A stretch of 64,000 nt of DNA from Macrostomum lignano (lineage: Eukaryota). The notes beneath the pieces were generated by a model. That model saw nothing but the letters and a program-made list of their open reading frames with translations, searched no databases and was not told the origin of the DNA. The stretch lies in the NCBI GenBank assembly GCA_002269645.1, contig NIVC01000296.1, forward strand, positions 248,001-312,000. Reading direction: 5' to 3'. Below are positions 11,001 through 23,384 of this stretch, one piece after another (position 1 is the first letter of the stretch; the number at the start of each line of letters is the position of its first letter). A program made the translations under genes and the position numbers.

Positions 11001-13490
11001 GCTGGTCGTGAAGTTCACGCACTGCATGTCTGGATCACAGACCTTCACAGGCAGAGTCACCGTCTGTCCAGCCAGGTGAGTGATGCTATTCTTCACGGTC
11101 AGCGAACCGCCGCTGCTCACGGCAAAGTTGTCGAAGTCGGCTGTGTATACCAGGCCGGGCCCCGTGTCCGGATCTGTACAGGCAAACTGGATGATTTGTG
11201 TGCTTTGGGGAGAGCTATCAGCCACTGCTAGGCTCTTCTCCACGACTGAGCAGTTCGGATAATTGTCGTTCTCATCCAGGACACTCACACTAATTATCAG
11301 ATTAGCTGAAAGACTCGCACCGCTGACAATCGTAAGAGAGAACGCTCTGGGCCCAGTTTCATAGTCCAGTGCGCTCGCAAGTGCCAGTGTGCCATTGCCG
11401 AACATAGTGAAGTAGCTGCTGGAGCTGACTAGCGAGTAATCCGCTCCACCGATGGCCGCTACTGACAATATGGCCACGTTTGTTGGATAGCTCTCACTCA
11501 GGTCAATTCGATAGTTCGTCAGCGGGAATCTGTTTGGAGCGCTTGGGCCGATATCTGATATGCTCAGCTGGAACAGAGAGTAGCTCGCCTTGGCCACACC
11601 CGCTGCGGAATCTAAAACTCTGATTGGTAGCTGTATCAGGTTGCCAAAGGCCAGAGCATTTGAGGCATTGGACACGCAGATGTAACCGGTGTAGCTGTCT
11701 ACAGAGTAGGTCGATGCAAATAGCGAGCCGTAGGCTGAGCTCACGTTCTCCGAGAACGAGTAGCTCAAGGCGGCTCCGCAGTCGCGATCGGTGGCATGAA
11801 CTTGCGAAAAGCAGGACGTCACGCCAGCTTTCGGCAGAGTGACCGAATAAAAAGGCTTCTGGAATCGCGGCCAATACTGATTGCTGTCGGTGACGAATAC
11901 AACTAGAGTGGCGTTGCTCACTCGTGGCGGCGAGCCGCTGTCAGCAGCGTGGATTTGCATGGCGAATGAACCGCAAACTAACCGCTTGGAGCCCACCGTT
12001 ATCCAGCCTGTCGCCAAGTTGATGTCGAAGAAGCCAGCATCCGATGCGGAAGCCGGTGTCATCGAATAGCTGACAGTCGTCCGGTCAGGATCAGCGGCCT
12101 GGACTTGAACTACTTGAAATCCAGACGAGGTGCTTGAGCCCACTGTTGCGTGATAATTTACTTTCGTAAACTCTGGCGCGTGATCGTTGCTAGCCAGCAC
12201 CTGGATGCCGATGCTGACTGTAGTTGTCAGGGGCGGATCGCCCGAGTCAATAGCCGTTAGGGTCATGATGTAGAGCTGCGGGCTCAGGCTAGAGTTGACT
12301 TGGATTACGAATATGTTCTTATCTAAGGCGGTCAGCTTGAACTCAAAAGTGCTCATGGATAGGACTACTTGCACCGGGTCCAGCGGCCTGTCCGGGTCTG
12401 TTACCTCTATCCGCATTACCGGCTGGCCGATCACCGCGCTCTGAAGAACCTGGCCTCCTGTGGTCAGGTTTAACAGCGTAACCTGCGGTGGTCTATCGTT
12501 GACATCGATAACTCGGACGACCACATTGGCTGAGCCATTGTTGACGCCGTCCGTGGCCACGACTACGATGGAGTACAACTGACGCAACTCGTAGTCCAGT
12601 GTCTTGGCCAGACGAATGCTTCCTGTCACCGGGTCCATCGCAAAGTGGCGGTCCGGGTCCGACACTTCGTTATTGATGTAGTAGCGCACGGTATTGAACT
12701 CGCCCAGGTCGCGATCGTTGGCTCGCACCTGGATTACTTCTGTACCAATTGTGGTATTCTCGGTGACGTTCACCTGGTACAAAGACTGCGTAAACACCGG
12801 ACTCTCATCGTTCACATTGTTAACGTTGAGTACAACACTGGCCGTGCCAGTCAAGCCCCGCTTGTCGTAGGCCGTCAGTTGAAGGCTGTACGAGCTGGCT
12901 GACTCGTAGTCCAGCGGTGTCTGCAGCACCAACACCAAGTCGAAGCGGGTCGGCCGGCCCACCTGCTGTCGCTGCTGCACCGCAAAGCGATTGTCAGCAT
13001 TGCCGGCTGTGATCTCCACCCTGTCGATGGAGTTCGGCTCCGAATCCAGGTCTTCGACGTACATTAGCGGCAGCGCCGTCGGAGTTGGAATGTTCTCCGG
13101 CCGGTGCAAGACCAGGGTGGCATTCTGGAAAGTCGGATAGCAGTCATTCTTGTCGTCCACGACAACAAGCACGTGGACGATGGAGGTGCTGCAGATTACG
13201 TCGAAGGTGTAGGCCGCTTGCAGCTCTCTGTCCAGCCTGGTCTGCGTCCGCACATTGCCGGATTCCCGGTCCAGGCTGAGCGCCTCATTCGGGATGTTGA
13301 ACGAGTTGAAGGGAGCCTGGCAACCGCCGGACTGCACAGAGCCGACCAGCTGCAGCGGCTGTGGTCCGCTCTCCTCCACGTGGAACGTAACGTTACTGGT
13401 GGACGCTCCAAGGACCGGGCAGCCGCTGAAGAGGCTCACAGTTAGTACCAGCAGCCTCAAGAGGTCGGCTGGACGCAGCCAGTTTTGCAT
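8033..13490 (-). CDS. ds: Dachsous-like protocadherin, first coding exon (signal peptide + ~17 cadherin repeats)
   Basis: ATG at 13490, hydrophobic signal peptide, repeated DxND/LDRE/LDYE motifs. Cys-containing EC5-6 signature (RLVC…SCFSQVHATDRDCG…GYICV) resembles Dachsous (VDCE…CILKVSASDPDCG…GEIC). Donor ACAG|GTAAGA at 8033/8032. Confidence 0.88.
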
Positions 13491-14314
13491 CGCCTTCTGC
13501 AGGATTCTAAGGCCACTGCATCCTCAGCGATTCGACCCCGCTTCTTTGTGAACACCTTAACAAACGTAGGTATCGTTTTTGGACGCCAGACGGCGGCTGA
13601 GAGAGGCTGCGAGTTGGCAAATTTGCTGCTGTCCCAGATCTAAGCGAGGGTGTTGCGGCCCGTTGCCTTTAGTATAGCTTTAACCCTATGCCAGCCACCC
13701 CTCCACTCACAGCTGCTCATTCCAGCCCTTTCCTCTGGTATAGCCAGCCAGTCAAAGCGCTACCCCAGTGCACACTGGCCCGGTCCAATAGGGAGTAGCC
13801 GAGGCATCAGAAAAAAACTCTCAGGTAGCCACAGCAGGAGGCCTTTGGGGTATTATAGCCTAGCGAACTATAACGAAGGCCCTTATGAGCTGCAAAAGCA
13901 TCTATCCATACGGGTTAGTCCCCGCACTTCAGCCGTGAAAAAAAATAAGACCCGAAGTTGAAGTGTCGACCCCCCGAAGCTTTGCCTGAACCATCAGAGT
14001 CCACTTCCCAGCGCCTATACCGCTCCCCCCTGCCGTGATGGACTGTAGCTCTCCTCTTTGTGAAAGCAGCAACTTGCAGCCGGCAGGCAAGTGCCGACTG
14101 AATGAAGAGAGCGGGCAAATGAGCTGGGAGGACTAAGCTTTGTTGAAGTAATATTTGGCTGTCAATATTGCTGAGCCGAAGCATTAATTGGGCGAGCTCT
14201 TGGGCCGAGAAGCCAGTTAATTGCCTCTCCTGCTGGTCTCTGTCTGTCCGCTTCTGCAACGTTCTGCTTTTTCTAATACAGTAGCTAGCCATTTCTTGCT
14301 TTGCTGCAGTAGAA

Positions 14315-16687
14315 TCAGCCGTTGGCTGACCATAGACTACTGCTATGTAAAATTATAGTGCTGCTTTAACATCGCCAAAACCCGTTACTTGAGAGAGTGT
14401 GTTTGGAACACTCTGTGACCTGCTTTGGGGTTTCAGCCATAGAACCTATCACTGTGGACTGCTTCTGCCCTTCCTTCCTCGTACTGTATCACTATCCCTA
14501 GTAAGATTTTTCTCCTTTGCATTCAATCTAGATTGTTTACCTCTTCATTTTAAGAAGAATTGTCATATAATTTGCTATTTCGACGGATAAGTAATAATGA
14601 GTCTTCATCAACTTCTTACAAGCGACGAGTCCAACAGCTCATCGACTGAGTCAGATCAGGACTCAGTTATTGAAGTAATTGAGGAGCCAACCTTGGAGAT
14701 GGAGGATGAGGAAAACGAATGGACAATTGTCAGCGACGGAGATGACAGAGCTGGGCAGCTTCCCGAGTTTCTCGGAGTCCACGGTATGAATCCTGGTGTT
14801 CAAGCACCAGCAAATGAGCCGTTACTCTTTTTCAACTTATTCACGAAGGACATTATTAGTCATTTGAAAGAATTCACCAATGCTCGCGCATGGGAGGAGC
14901 TGCGAATCTTTGAGAACGAAGAGGATGACCAGCAACTGCCACCGAGATTGACCGATTGGAGAGACTGTGCAGATGATGAGATAAGAAAGACCATCGCAAT
15001 AATATTTTACATGGGAATCGTGCGCAAGCCAGAGATAAAAAACTACTGGGCCACTGGAAAGTTTTATGACAACCAGTTGTTCCTGAGTGAAAACTGCCTG
15101 TCTCGAAACCGGTTCCAACAAATCTTATCTTTTCTGAGGTTCTACGACTGTCGCGTTGGTGACAATGACGATCCGCTTCGCAAAATCCGCCCGTTCTTGA
15201 ACTCAGTAAAGGAAGTTTGTCAGCAGAATTTTCAGCCTGACAGGGACATCGCTGTTGACGAGGAGCTTGTTCAGCACAAAGGACGACTAGCGTTCAAACA
15301 GTATATTCCCAGCAAGCGGGCTAGATATGGAATTAAGACCTATTGTCTTTGTGACTCTAAGACCGGTTACTTATGGAACGTCCTCGTTCATTCGACAGCT
15401 GAGGAAAACAGCAAGTTTGGCAGCGAATTCGTCGACTACAACCTGTCCATCAGCGAGCGAATAGTGATGGAGCTGTCGAAGGATCTGCTAAATCTTGGCT
15501 ACAGGGTGTTTGTTGACAGTTATTTCTCCTCCCGACGACTGGCCGAGTTTCTACTAGCTCACAGTACCTTACTAACAGGCACCGTTCGCTGTGACCGCGG
15601 CATTCCAGTCGAGCTCCGGCAGATGCCAGCAGTGCCTCCATCCCACTGCTACATGCGAAGCGGTGATGTTTTGGCAGTGAAGCTGACAGACAGAAAAGCA
15701 AGCGGTATTAAGACAGTCTACCTGCTTGACACCTTCGGTACGGCCCAGAGCACTGTGCGACAACGGTACAGACGAGGTGGACAAATGGAGGTTGTTCGAA
15801 AGCCAGTGACTGTGACGGACTACTCAAAGTCCATGGGTGGTGTCGACCGCCTTGACTCTGCGCTGCAGCCCTACCACCCAAGCAGAAAGATGTACCGCTG
15901 GCACCAGAAGCTCGGAATTCATTTCCTATTGCAGCTGTCGCACAATGCCTGGATTTTGTTCCGGCACTCCGGCGGCTCACTGACTTTTCTGAAGTTCATG
16001 GAACAACTGATCGTTGCCCTGATAGACAGCTCAGGGCCTGGAAAAAGACGGTGCGTCTACCCATCGCGTCCTGTTGCCGATGCTGTTCACTTGCCCAGTA
16101 AGCTGCCTGCCACACCTGGTAACCAGCGACCTGCACGTCGCTGCAGAGTCTGCTATCGCAATGGCATCACCAAACGTACCGTCTTCGTCTGTCAGCAGTG
16201 CCCGGGTCAGCCCGGCTTGTGCATCCCTGACTGCTTTCGAGCCTGGCACTCGTAGGCTGAGAGGAGAGTTGTTCGTTTTACTCCTGCTGACTACCTGTTA
16301 TTGTCTTGCCTCACATTGCATAAAAGTTAGGTAGTGTAATAGCAACAGAAGTAAAGCTACATTTACTGGATCTTTTGCAAAATTTATTAAAAAAGAACTC
16401 AAAGCAATGCTACATTTTAGTAATTCATGTTTTTTGTGAAATAAATTTTCATGTTTTTGATATCTTTGACGATATTTTTGAGTTTTTGACATGCTTGAAT
16501 GCATGTTTTGTCGTTATTATACTTCATATAGACTACTTACAGCCATGGTCAGCCAAGCTGACCATATGGGTTTTCGCGATATGCTGTTAAGTGAAGACAA
16601 AAGTTGAGTCTATGGCCATAAAGAGTTGGATTTTAGCTAAAGTGATGCATGGTCAGCCACGCTGACCATCGGATTTGAAGATGTTAA
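14315..16687 (+). mobile_element. Autonomous piggyBac-family DNA transposon; left boundary uncertain
   Basis: Intact transposase. Subterminal palindromes ATGGTCAGC-NNN-GCTGACCAT at 16545-16565 and 16649-16669, each followed by TTAA (16587, 16684). Inverted 12-bp match TTGGCTGACCAT at 14322-14333. Confidence 0.65.
14597..16255 (+). CDS. piggyBac transposase (PGBD4-like), 552 aa, uninterrupted
   Basis: Acidic N-terminus; DDD triad in DIAVDEELVQHKGR, VFVDSYFSS and MGGVDRLDS; KRARYGIK motif; C-terminal Cys-rich domain CRVC…CQQC…LCIPDCF. Confidence 0.95.
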   Translation: MSLHQLLTSDESNSSSTESDQDSVIEVIEEPTLEMEDEENEWTIVSDGDDRAGQLPEFLGVHGMNPGVQAPANEPLLFFNLFTKDIISHLKEFTNARAWEELRIFENEEDDQQLPPRLTDWRDCADDEIRKTIAIIFYMGIVRKPEIKNYWATGKFYDNQLFLSENCLSRNRFQQILSFLRFYDCRVGDNDDPLRKIRPFLNSVKEVCQQNFQPDRDIAVDEELVQHKGRLAFKQYIPSKRARYGIKTYCLCDSKTGYLWNVLVHSTAEENSKFGSEFVDYNLSISERIVMELSKDLLNLGYRVFVDSYFSSRRLAEFLLAHSTLLTGTVRCDRGIPVELRQMPAVPPSHCYMRSGDVLAVKLTDRKASGIKTVYLLDTFGTAQSTVRQRYRRGGQMEVVRKPVTVTDYSKSMGGVDRLDSALQPYHPSRKMYRWHQKLGIHFLLQLSHNAWILFRHSGGSLTFLKFMEQLIVALIDSSGPGKRRCVYPSRPVADAVHLPSKLPATPGNQRPARRCRVCYRNGITKRTVFVCQQCPGQPGLCIPDCFRAWHS

Positions 16688-19204
16688 CAGTAGAACTACC
16701 AAGGGGGGGGGGAAATTTCCCCCCCCCCCCTGACAATTTCTTTTGCTGCGCCGGAACGGAGCAACGCAGGCACACGAAATTCAAGAACACGGGCTAACTT
16801 TTTGTTGCGCACCTTCTCAAACAAGAATCAAGTCGCCAGCCCTCCGGACCGTCGAGATATTCGACGATTCTGCCAGAAGGTCGGATTTTTCCCATAAGCG
16901 CTAGTGTATTCAGTACACCCCTGTGCGCCAATTAGCACTGCGCCTCAGTGCAGCCTTGCCAAGTCTTCAAATTTCATCAGCACGTCGACCAAATGTGTCT
17001 GCATCAGCTCTGACTTCGTTGGTTACTGGCCTTCACCGAGACGGAGCTTCTAGACCTTCAACAGGTGGCACCAGGTGACTATGAACACCTTGATGCGAAT
17101 TTCTCGAGTTTCACCGATCAAGCCTCGACAGTAGGCAAGCCTCAACTGCCGGACACCCTCAGCTAGTCTCCTGAGCATTCCGTCATCATCCCGACGCCGT
17201 CAACTCCTTCAACAGATGACACCAAGTGACTATGGACACCCTGATGCGAATTTCTCTAGTTTCGCCGATCAAGCCTCGACAGTAGGCAAGCCTTAACTGC
17301 TGGACACCTTCAGCTAGTCTCCTAAGCATTCCGTCATCATCCCGACACCGTCGGCACCTTCAACAGGTGGCATCAGGTGACTATGGACGTCCTTTTGCAA
17401 CTATGTCAGGTCTTTCTTATCAAGCTTCAATAATGGGCAAACCTCAACCGACGGACATTGTCAGCTAGTCTCTCGAGCATTCCGTCATCATCCCGACGCC
17501 GTCGGCTCCTTCAACAGATGACACCAAGTGACTATGGACACCCTGATGCGAATTTCTCTAGTTTCGCCGATCAAGCCTCGACAGTTGGCAAGCCTCAACT
17601 TCTGAAAACCCTCAGCTAGTCTCTCGAGCATTCCGTCATCACACCGACACCGTCGGCACCTTCAACAGGTGGCACCAGGGGAGTAAGGACACCTGAGCGT
17701 GATTTTTCATCATGCTCTTAACATTTCTGAAGCTCTCAGATTTTTTAAGCACGAACATTGCTATAGTTAAGCTTAAACTCATGTTGCTGTATGTTTATAT
17801 TATTATTACACATACTTTTATACATACGAGCTACATAGCTACATACATATTTTATTCGAAAGATTTCCGGCCACGAATTTGTTGTGCATGTCATCAGAAA
17901 ATTGAAGGATATTTGAGGATAATGAAAAACTTTGTCATTGTTCTAGGATTTCTTGCGAATGTACAGTAGTAGCTATCATGCTTTTGCGCTAATTTTCGTT
18001 TTTTTTATTATAATACTAGTGGCTACCTTTACTTGATCCTTAGTTTCATTTGCGTGCCAGTAAATTCAATCGGTTTTTTTCATTTTTTAAAAGCATAACC
18101 CTTTCTGCATAAAAATTGGGTTCAATATTATAGTTGAATAAACTAAACAGCTTTTCGAATAAAATATGTATGTAGCTATGTAGCTCGTATGTATAAAAGT
18201 ATGTGTAATAATAATATAAACATACAGCAACATGAGTTTAAGCTTAACAATAGCAATGTTCGTGCTTAAAAAATCTGAGAGCTTCAGAAATGTTAAGAGC
18301 ATGATGAAAAATCACGCTCAGGTGTCCTTACTCCCATGGTGCCACCTGTTGAAGGTGCCAACGGTGTCGGTGTGATGACGGAATGCTCGAGAGACTAGCT
18401 GAGGGTTTTCAGAAGTTGAGGCTTGCCAACTGTCGAGGCTTGATCGGCGAAACTAGAGAAATCAGCATCAGGTTGTCCATAGTCATCTGGTGTCATTTGT
18501 TGAAGGTGCCGACGGCGTCGGGATGATGACGGAATGCTCGAGAGACTAGCTGACAATGTCCGTCGGTTGAGGTTTGCCCATTATTGAAGCTTGATAAGAA
18601 AGACCTGACATAGTTGCAAAAGGACGTCCATAGTCACCTGATGCCACCTGTTGAAGGTGCCGACGGTGTCGGGATGATGACGGAATGCTTAGGAGACTAG
18701 CTGAAGGTGTCCAGCAGTTAAGGCTTGCCTACTGTCGAGGCTTGATCGGCGAAACTAGAGAAATTCGCATCAGGGTGTTCATAGTCACCTGGTGCCACCT
18801 GTTGAAGGTCTAGAAGCTCCGTCTCGGTGAAGGCCAGTAACCAACGAAGTCAGAGTTGATGCAGACACATTTGGTCGACGTGCTGATGAAATTTGGAGAC
18901 TTGGCAAGGCTGCACTGAGGCGCAGTGCTAATTGGCGCACAGGGGTGTACTGAATACACTAGCGCTTATGGGAAAAATCCGACCTTCTGGCAGAATCGTC
19001 GAATATCTCAACGGTCCGGAGGGCTGGCGACTTGATTCTTGTTTGAGAAGGTGCGCAACAAAAAGTTAGCCCGTGTTCTTGAATTTCGTGTGCCTGCGTT
19101 GCTCCGTTCCGGCGCAGCAAAAGAAATTGTCAGGGGGGGGGGGAAATTTCCCCCCCCCCTCTTGGTAGTTCGACGGGCGGAAAAATGGCTTGGCATTCCT
19201 ACTG
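16688..19204. mobile_element. TTAA-flanked non-autonomous fold-back element, piggyBac-like; arms ~16688-17861 and ~18153-19204, ~290-bp spacer
   Basis: TTAA at 16684-16687 and 19205-19208; both ends start TTAACAGTAG; subterminal G10-12-AAATTT-C10-12 palindrome in each arm; arms are near-perfect reverse complements. Confidence 0.9.
17056..17680. repeat. ~150-bp tandem repeat (4 full units + partial) inside the left arm of the fold-back element; 3-unit mirror at ~18340-18810
   Basis: Unit start CTTCAACAGG/ATG(G/A)CA near 17056, 17208, 17358, 17508, 17660. The one frame I translated is closed by a stop (AGCTAG). Confidence 0.85.
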
Positions 19205-19394
19205 TTAATATGACTCTGGGAAATTTGTATTAGTGCAGTGCAAACGAGAATAGAGGCTTCTCCGTCTCCTTATTTGCGTTTTTAATTTGCTGTCTAATTA
19301 TTTTAATCGGTCCTACAGGCCTTAACATAGTAAGCTACCTTTAAATTGTCTGCAAGAGCATTTTCAGACAGACTCTGAAAATGCAAGAAAATGC

Positions 19395-19432
19395 TAAGAC
19401 AGACAGACAGAAAGACACTAAGACAGACAGAA

Positions 19433-19477
<45 letters not shown>

Positions 19478-19508
19478 GGCAGAAAGACAGACAGACAGAC
19501 AGACAGAC

Positions 19509-19581
<73 letters not shown>

Positions 19582-19608
19582 CTAAGACAGACAGACAGAC
19601 AGACAGAC

Positions 19609-19663
<55 letters not shown>

Positions 19664-19674
19664 GGCAGGCAGAA

Positions 19675-19743
<69 letters not shown>

Positions 19744-19745
19744 GG
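19395..19745. repeat. (GACA)n microsatellite
   Basis: Tetranucleotide run with few interruptions. Confidence 0.95.
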
Positions 19746-20245
19746 CATACAGCCAATCAGCAAAAAACTTCCGATCATTTTTCGCACACCTGCAGACTGT
19801 CAATAAAATATTCGGAATGTTTTCTTAACCGAATGCCCACAGTATGACATAGTATCCATGCTATATTTACAAGCAGCATTCGCGCTAGCTTTCGAACACA
19901 CCAGCCACCGAATGTCACTCATCTTGGATCAACAAAGCGACTCTGTAATGCATCCGGGTTTTGGTCCGCGGTTTGCAAGCTTGAAAACCTCAGTCAATCA
20001 GCTTTGGGGTTCTTCAAGCAGCTCCCCCTAGTTTGCAATATGAGGTGGAATTGTCTTTTGAAAATCGCTATCGATTCACTATCAAGCTGTGCCAGCAGTT
20101 TTGCTGGGTGGAGTTGCTGCATCGATTTTTTGCGGCAGCCTAAATAGCCTTGTGGGGTTAAGGAGGCGAGGCTCCTGTAGCTGATGAATATTCATGAGAC
20201 AGCGGCCGAGGTGAACAGAAAGGACAGTTTACATAATATTGCAGT

Positions 20246-20505
20246 TTTTGTGCTATTGGGGTCACTGTGCTATTGGGGTCACTGTGCTATTGGGGTCACT
20301 GTGCTATTGGGGTCACTGTGCTATTGGGGTCACTTTGCTCAGGGTGTCTCAGCTCAGGGTACCTGTGCACAGGGTGTCTGTGCTCAGGGTATCTGTGCTC
20401 AGTGTGTCTGTGCTCAGGGTACCTGTGCTCAGGGTGTCTGTGCTCAGGGTGTCTGTGCTCAGTGTGTCTGTGCTCAGGGTACCTGTGCTCAGGGTATCTG
20501 TGCTC
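20246..20505. repeat. 17-bp (TGTGCTATTGGGGTCAC) array followed by 15-bp (TGTGCTCAGGGTRYC) array
   Basis: Two adjacent related short arrays sharing the TGTGCT core. Confidence 0.85.
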
Positions 20506-22429
20506 GGGGAATAACTGGATTATGTCAGTTTTTATTTCAGAGCAGGGGTTGTCAGTTATTAAAAAATCTCCCATGTCGGAAGTCAATTGGCTTTCATGGA
20601 ACCCCGCGGAGCCCGGGCCTGTGTTCTGCAGTCTGGGGTCGTCCGCTCTCTTTCCCGCACCGATCCTTGCTATCACGCGATAAGCGGGTGGAACCGCCCA
20701 AGACAACGGCGGGTTCGCACAGTTCAGGCCGCGCCCACCTATTAGAATCGTGTTCCACAGCCGAGTCAGTTACGTAACCTTGAATTATAATGCAAGCGCT
20801 CCGTGTTTCGCTCCATTATTGAAAGATTCCTGCGGGATCGACGGGGGCTTGGCTTGTCAGCGACTCCCTCTATGCGATTTTCCTGCATCAACCTCGCCTG
20901 TGCATTTTTCAAACGATAAGATCTTGATCGAGGCTCGGGAGAGAGAAAAAGGGAAATCCAGAAGCAGAAGACAGAATTTGCTTCTCTTTTTAGTCAGGTC
21001 TGTGGAATTAGAAAGCAATTCAATTCCCCTCATCTGTCCCCGCTCGCGCCTGTCGAGCGTACGGGGCCCAGAGGTCAGGATAAAATGTCGAATAGATTGG
21101 AACTGTTTTTGCCCCGTGTTTCAGACCCCCCGGACACTTGATAAGTTTCAATCTAGTCGAGCGCAAAAGGATTATTATGGGGCTAATCCGACACCGGGAG
21201 CTTTAAAACCCTTCTGAATCTCGTTCCGCAGCTAATTCCATTTCAAGATCCGTTCCTGCCTGCCTCGATAACTCATTATGCATGAGCTCCCAGCAGCCAC
21301 CTGCCACAGTTCCGCTTACAGACGCTCGCCCGGCCGCCCCCTGTCTTTCTTAATTCTCAACAAGCAGCGATCGCCGCGTCGTCACGGCTTTCACGGTTGT
21401 CCGAATCGATGGAGCTTCCGTGACGTGGCCGGCTGAGACGAGTGGCATCCTTAGAAGGTCCGATTGATTTATTGTTAGAGCAGCGCAAGACTGAGAAATC
21501 CTGGGTACTCCCGAATGATATTCTCAACTTATACACACCATCCACCCAGACAGCTGTAGTGGCAGTCCATGGGAACTGCAGTCCTGAAAACTGCCAGTTT
21601 TCCAAAGAAAACCAAAGAAAATCATCTGCATATTCTTTCTCTCTCAGTTGTCGAGTGGAAGAGAATGAGAGAGACCGGCCAATGCTTTTCGAATTGTATA
21701 CCTGTCATGGGAGACCCATCAACTACAGTCCTGACAATGATATAAGATGAGTGAGCATGCCAGAGGCGGGTTAAAGAGGCTGCGTCAGTCACGCAAAATC
21801 GGCAAAGGTGAAAAAGAACACATCACCTTGCTAGCCTAGCTGTGAGGTGGTGGCGCACTGATACAATCTCGGAGCAATCTCTCGCCCGGCTCACGCAAAG
21901 ATGAGATGAGATGGCTAGTCAAAATAACCTGCACTGGTTGTAAAAAGTGGGGGGCTGTTTCTCTAAGTCCAAATTCTGCGAATTCCGCACCCGGTGTGGG
22001 CCATCAACTCAGTTTATGACGCGCCACACTGCTGGCCGCAGCGCTTAGGGGTCTCCGCCTTTTCAGAAAGAGAACTGCTAGTGCCGCGCTCCCGACTTTT
22101 ATGTCCCTTTGGTCTGTCTCTGTCTCTCTAGACTTTAAGTCTGCCTGCACTGCGTGTCAGCCACTTAGAGCACGTATCGCATGCGCGATCCCTATATCTC
22201 TATCACGATCTAGACCGAATGCAGGCAGATCAAGATCGGTGTGCGTATATCACTCTGCTCTGCTCATTCAATGGAAATCTGACTAGACAGAATGGCTAGC
22301 AGAACTCTACAGGTTGTACGTAGTGGGAATTCCTTCAGCAATTAGTTTTTGAAAAATTAGTAAAGTTAAAAAAACAGGGAACCATCTGCTGAATGTGATC
22401 AATTGAAAATTAACAACCATTTTCACGAC

Positions 22430-22670
22430 CACCACTACAAAAAACAATAACAACATCAACATCAAAAACAACAACAACAACGACAGGAACAAAAATAACA
22501 ACAACATCAACAACAATAACAACATCAAAAACAGCAACAACAACTACAACGGCAACAACAACTACAACGACAACGACAAAACCATGACAACATCAAGGAC
22601 AGGAACAGAAACAACGACAACAACAACAAAAGAAACAACAACGACAACAACGACAACAACAACAACAAAG
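22430..22670. repeat. Degenerate (CAA)n/(ACA)n tract
   Basis: Low-complexity trinucleotide run. Confidence 0.85.
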
Positions 22671-23384
22671 GACGCAGTACTGAGTAGTAACATCATGCCG
22701 TTATGGTGCGTTAGATGGCGCGCAGCTAAGTGTCGGGCGCCCCGGCGTCGCACAGCAGTTCAGTTCATGTATCGACGGGTTGTGTAGAGAATTGGGGTCA
22801 GGTAGCTCCCGGATTCACCCACGGACTCAGCTCGTAGTCTGGTTTGAGATGTGTTGAGAAACTTGAAGAAGAAATATGTCGACTTAAATTACTAGTAAAT
22901 CTAGTTAGCACAAGGAAGTTAATCAAGTGAACCACGGGGTCTGGTTTTAGATGAGAGAGGAGGGTGGGGTTGCTCTCGAGGACACTTCAAATGCCTTGAT
23001 TCCAGATGAGCCTTGCTTCCAGATGATTGCCGCTGGATCTGGGGGTCCGTTTTAGTTTCTAATTAGTTTGGACGCCAAATCAAGTTCAATTCTTCTTGAA
23101 AGCAAGGCGGCAAGAGAGCAGTTTTGGTCAAGTCGATCCCCGTAATTTAATCAAATTTTGATTGAAGAGCATCAACATGGGTACTCCCTTCTCGTTCTAA
23201 ATTTTATTTGGCAAAATAAATTGGCCACGCAAAGTTCGATTAACACTACTGATAGTAGCAAAAGTGAGACTCCATGATTTTCTTACGGTTTATATTGCGT
23301 TTCATGGCCCTACATAGAAATAACTGTTACACATTGTTACATAGGTATTGCCTTCTGAATATGTCTTCCTTGTCACATCTTTCT

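Noticed and set aside
13680-13700. TTAA-CCCTATGCC as the piggyBac left TIR
   Set aside because: No complementary end found downstream of the transposase.
13915-14292. 125-aa minus-strand ORF between ds and piggyBac
   Set aside because: No recognisable domain or repeat; possibly a decayed element but unsupported.
19341-19806. ORFs of SVCL/TDRQ repeats; also a possible HINE-like 5' end beside the (GACA)n run
   Set aside because: Microsatellite translations; no matching subterminal repeat or hairpin found for a Helentron call.
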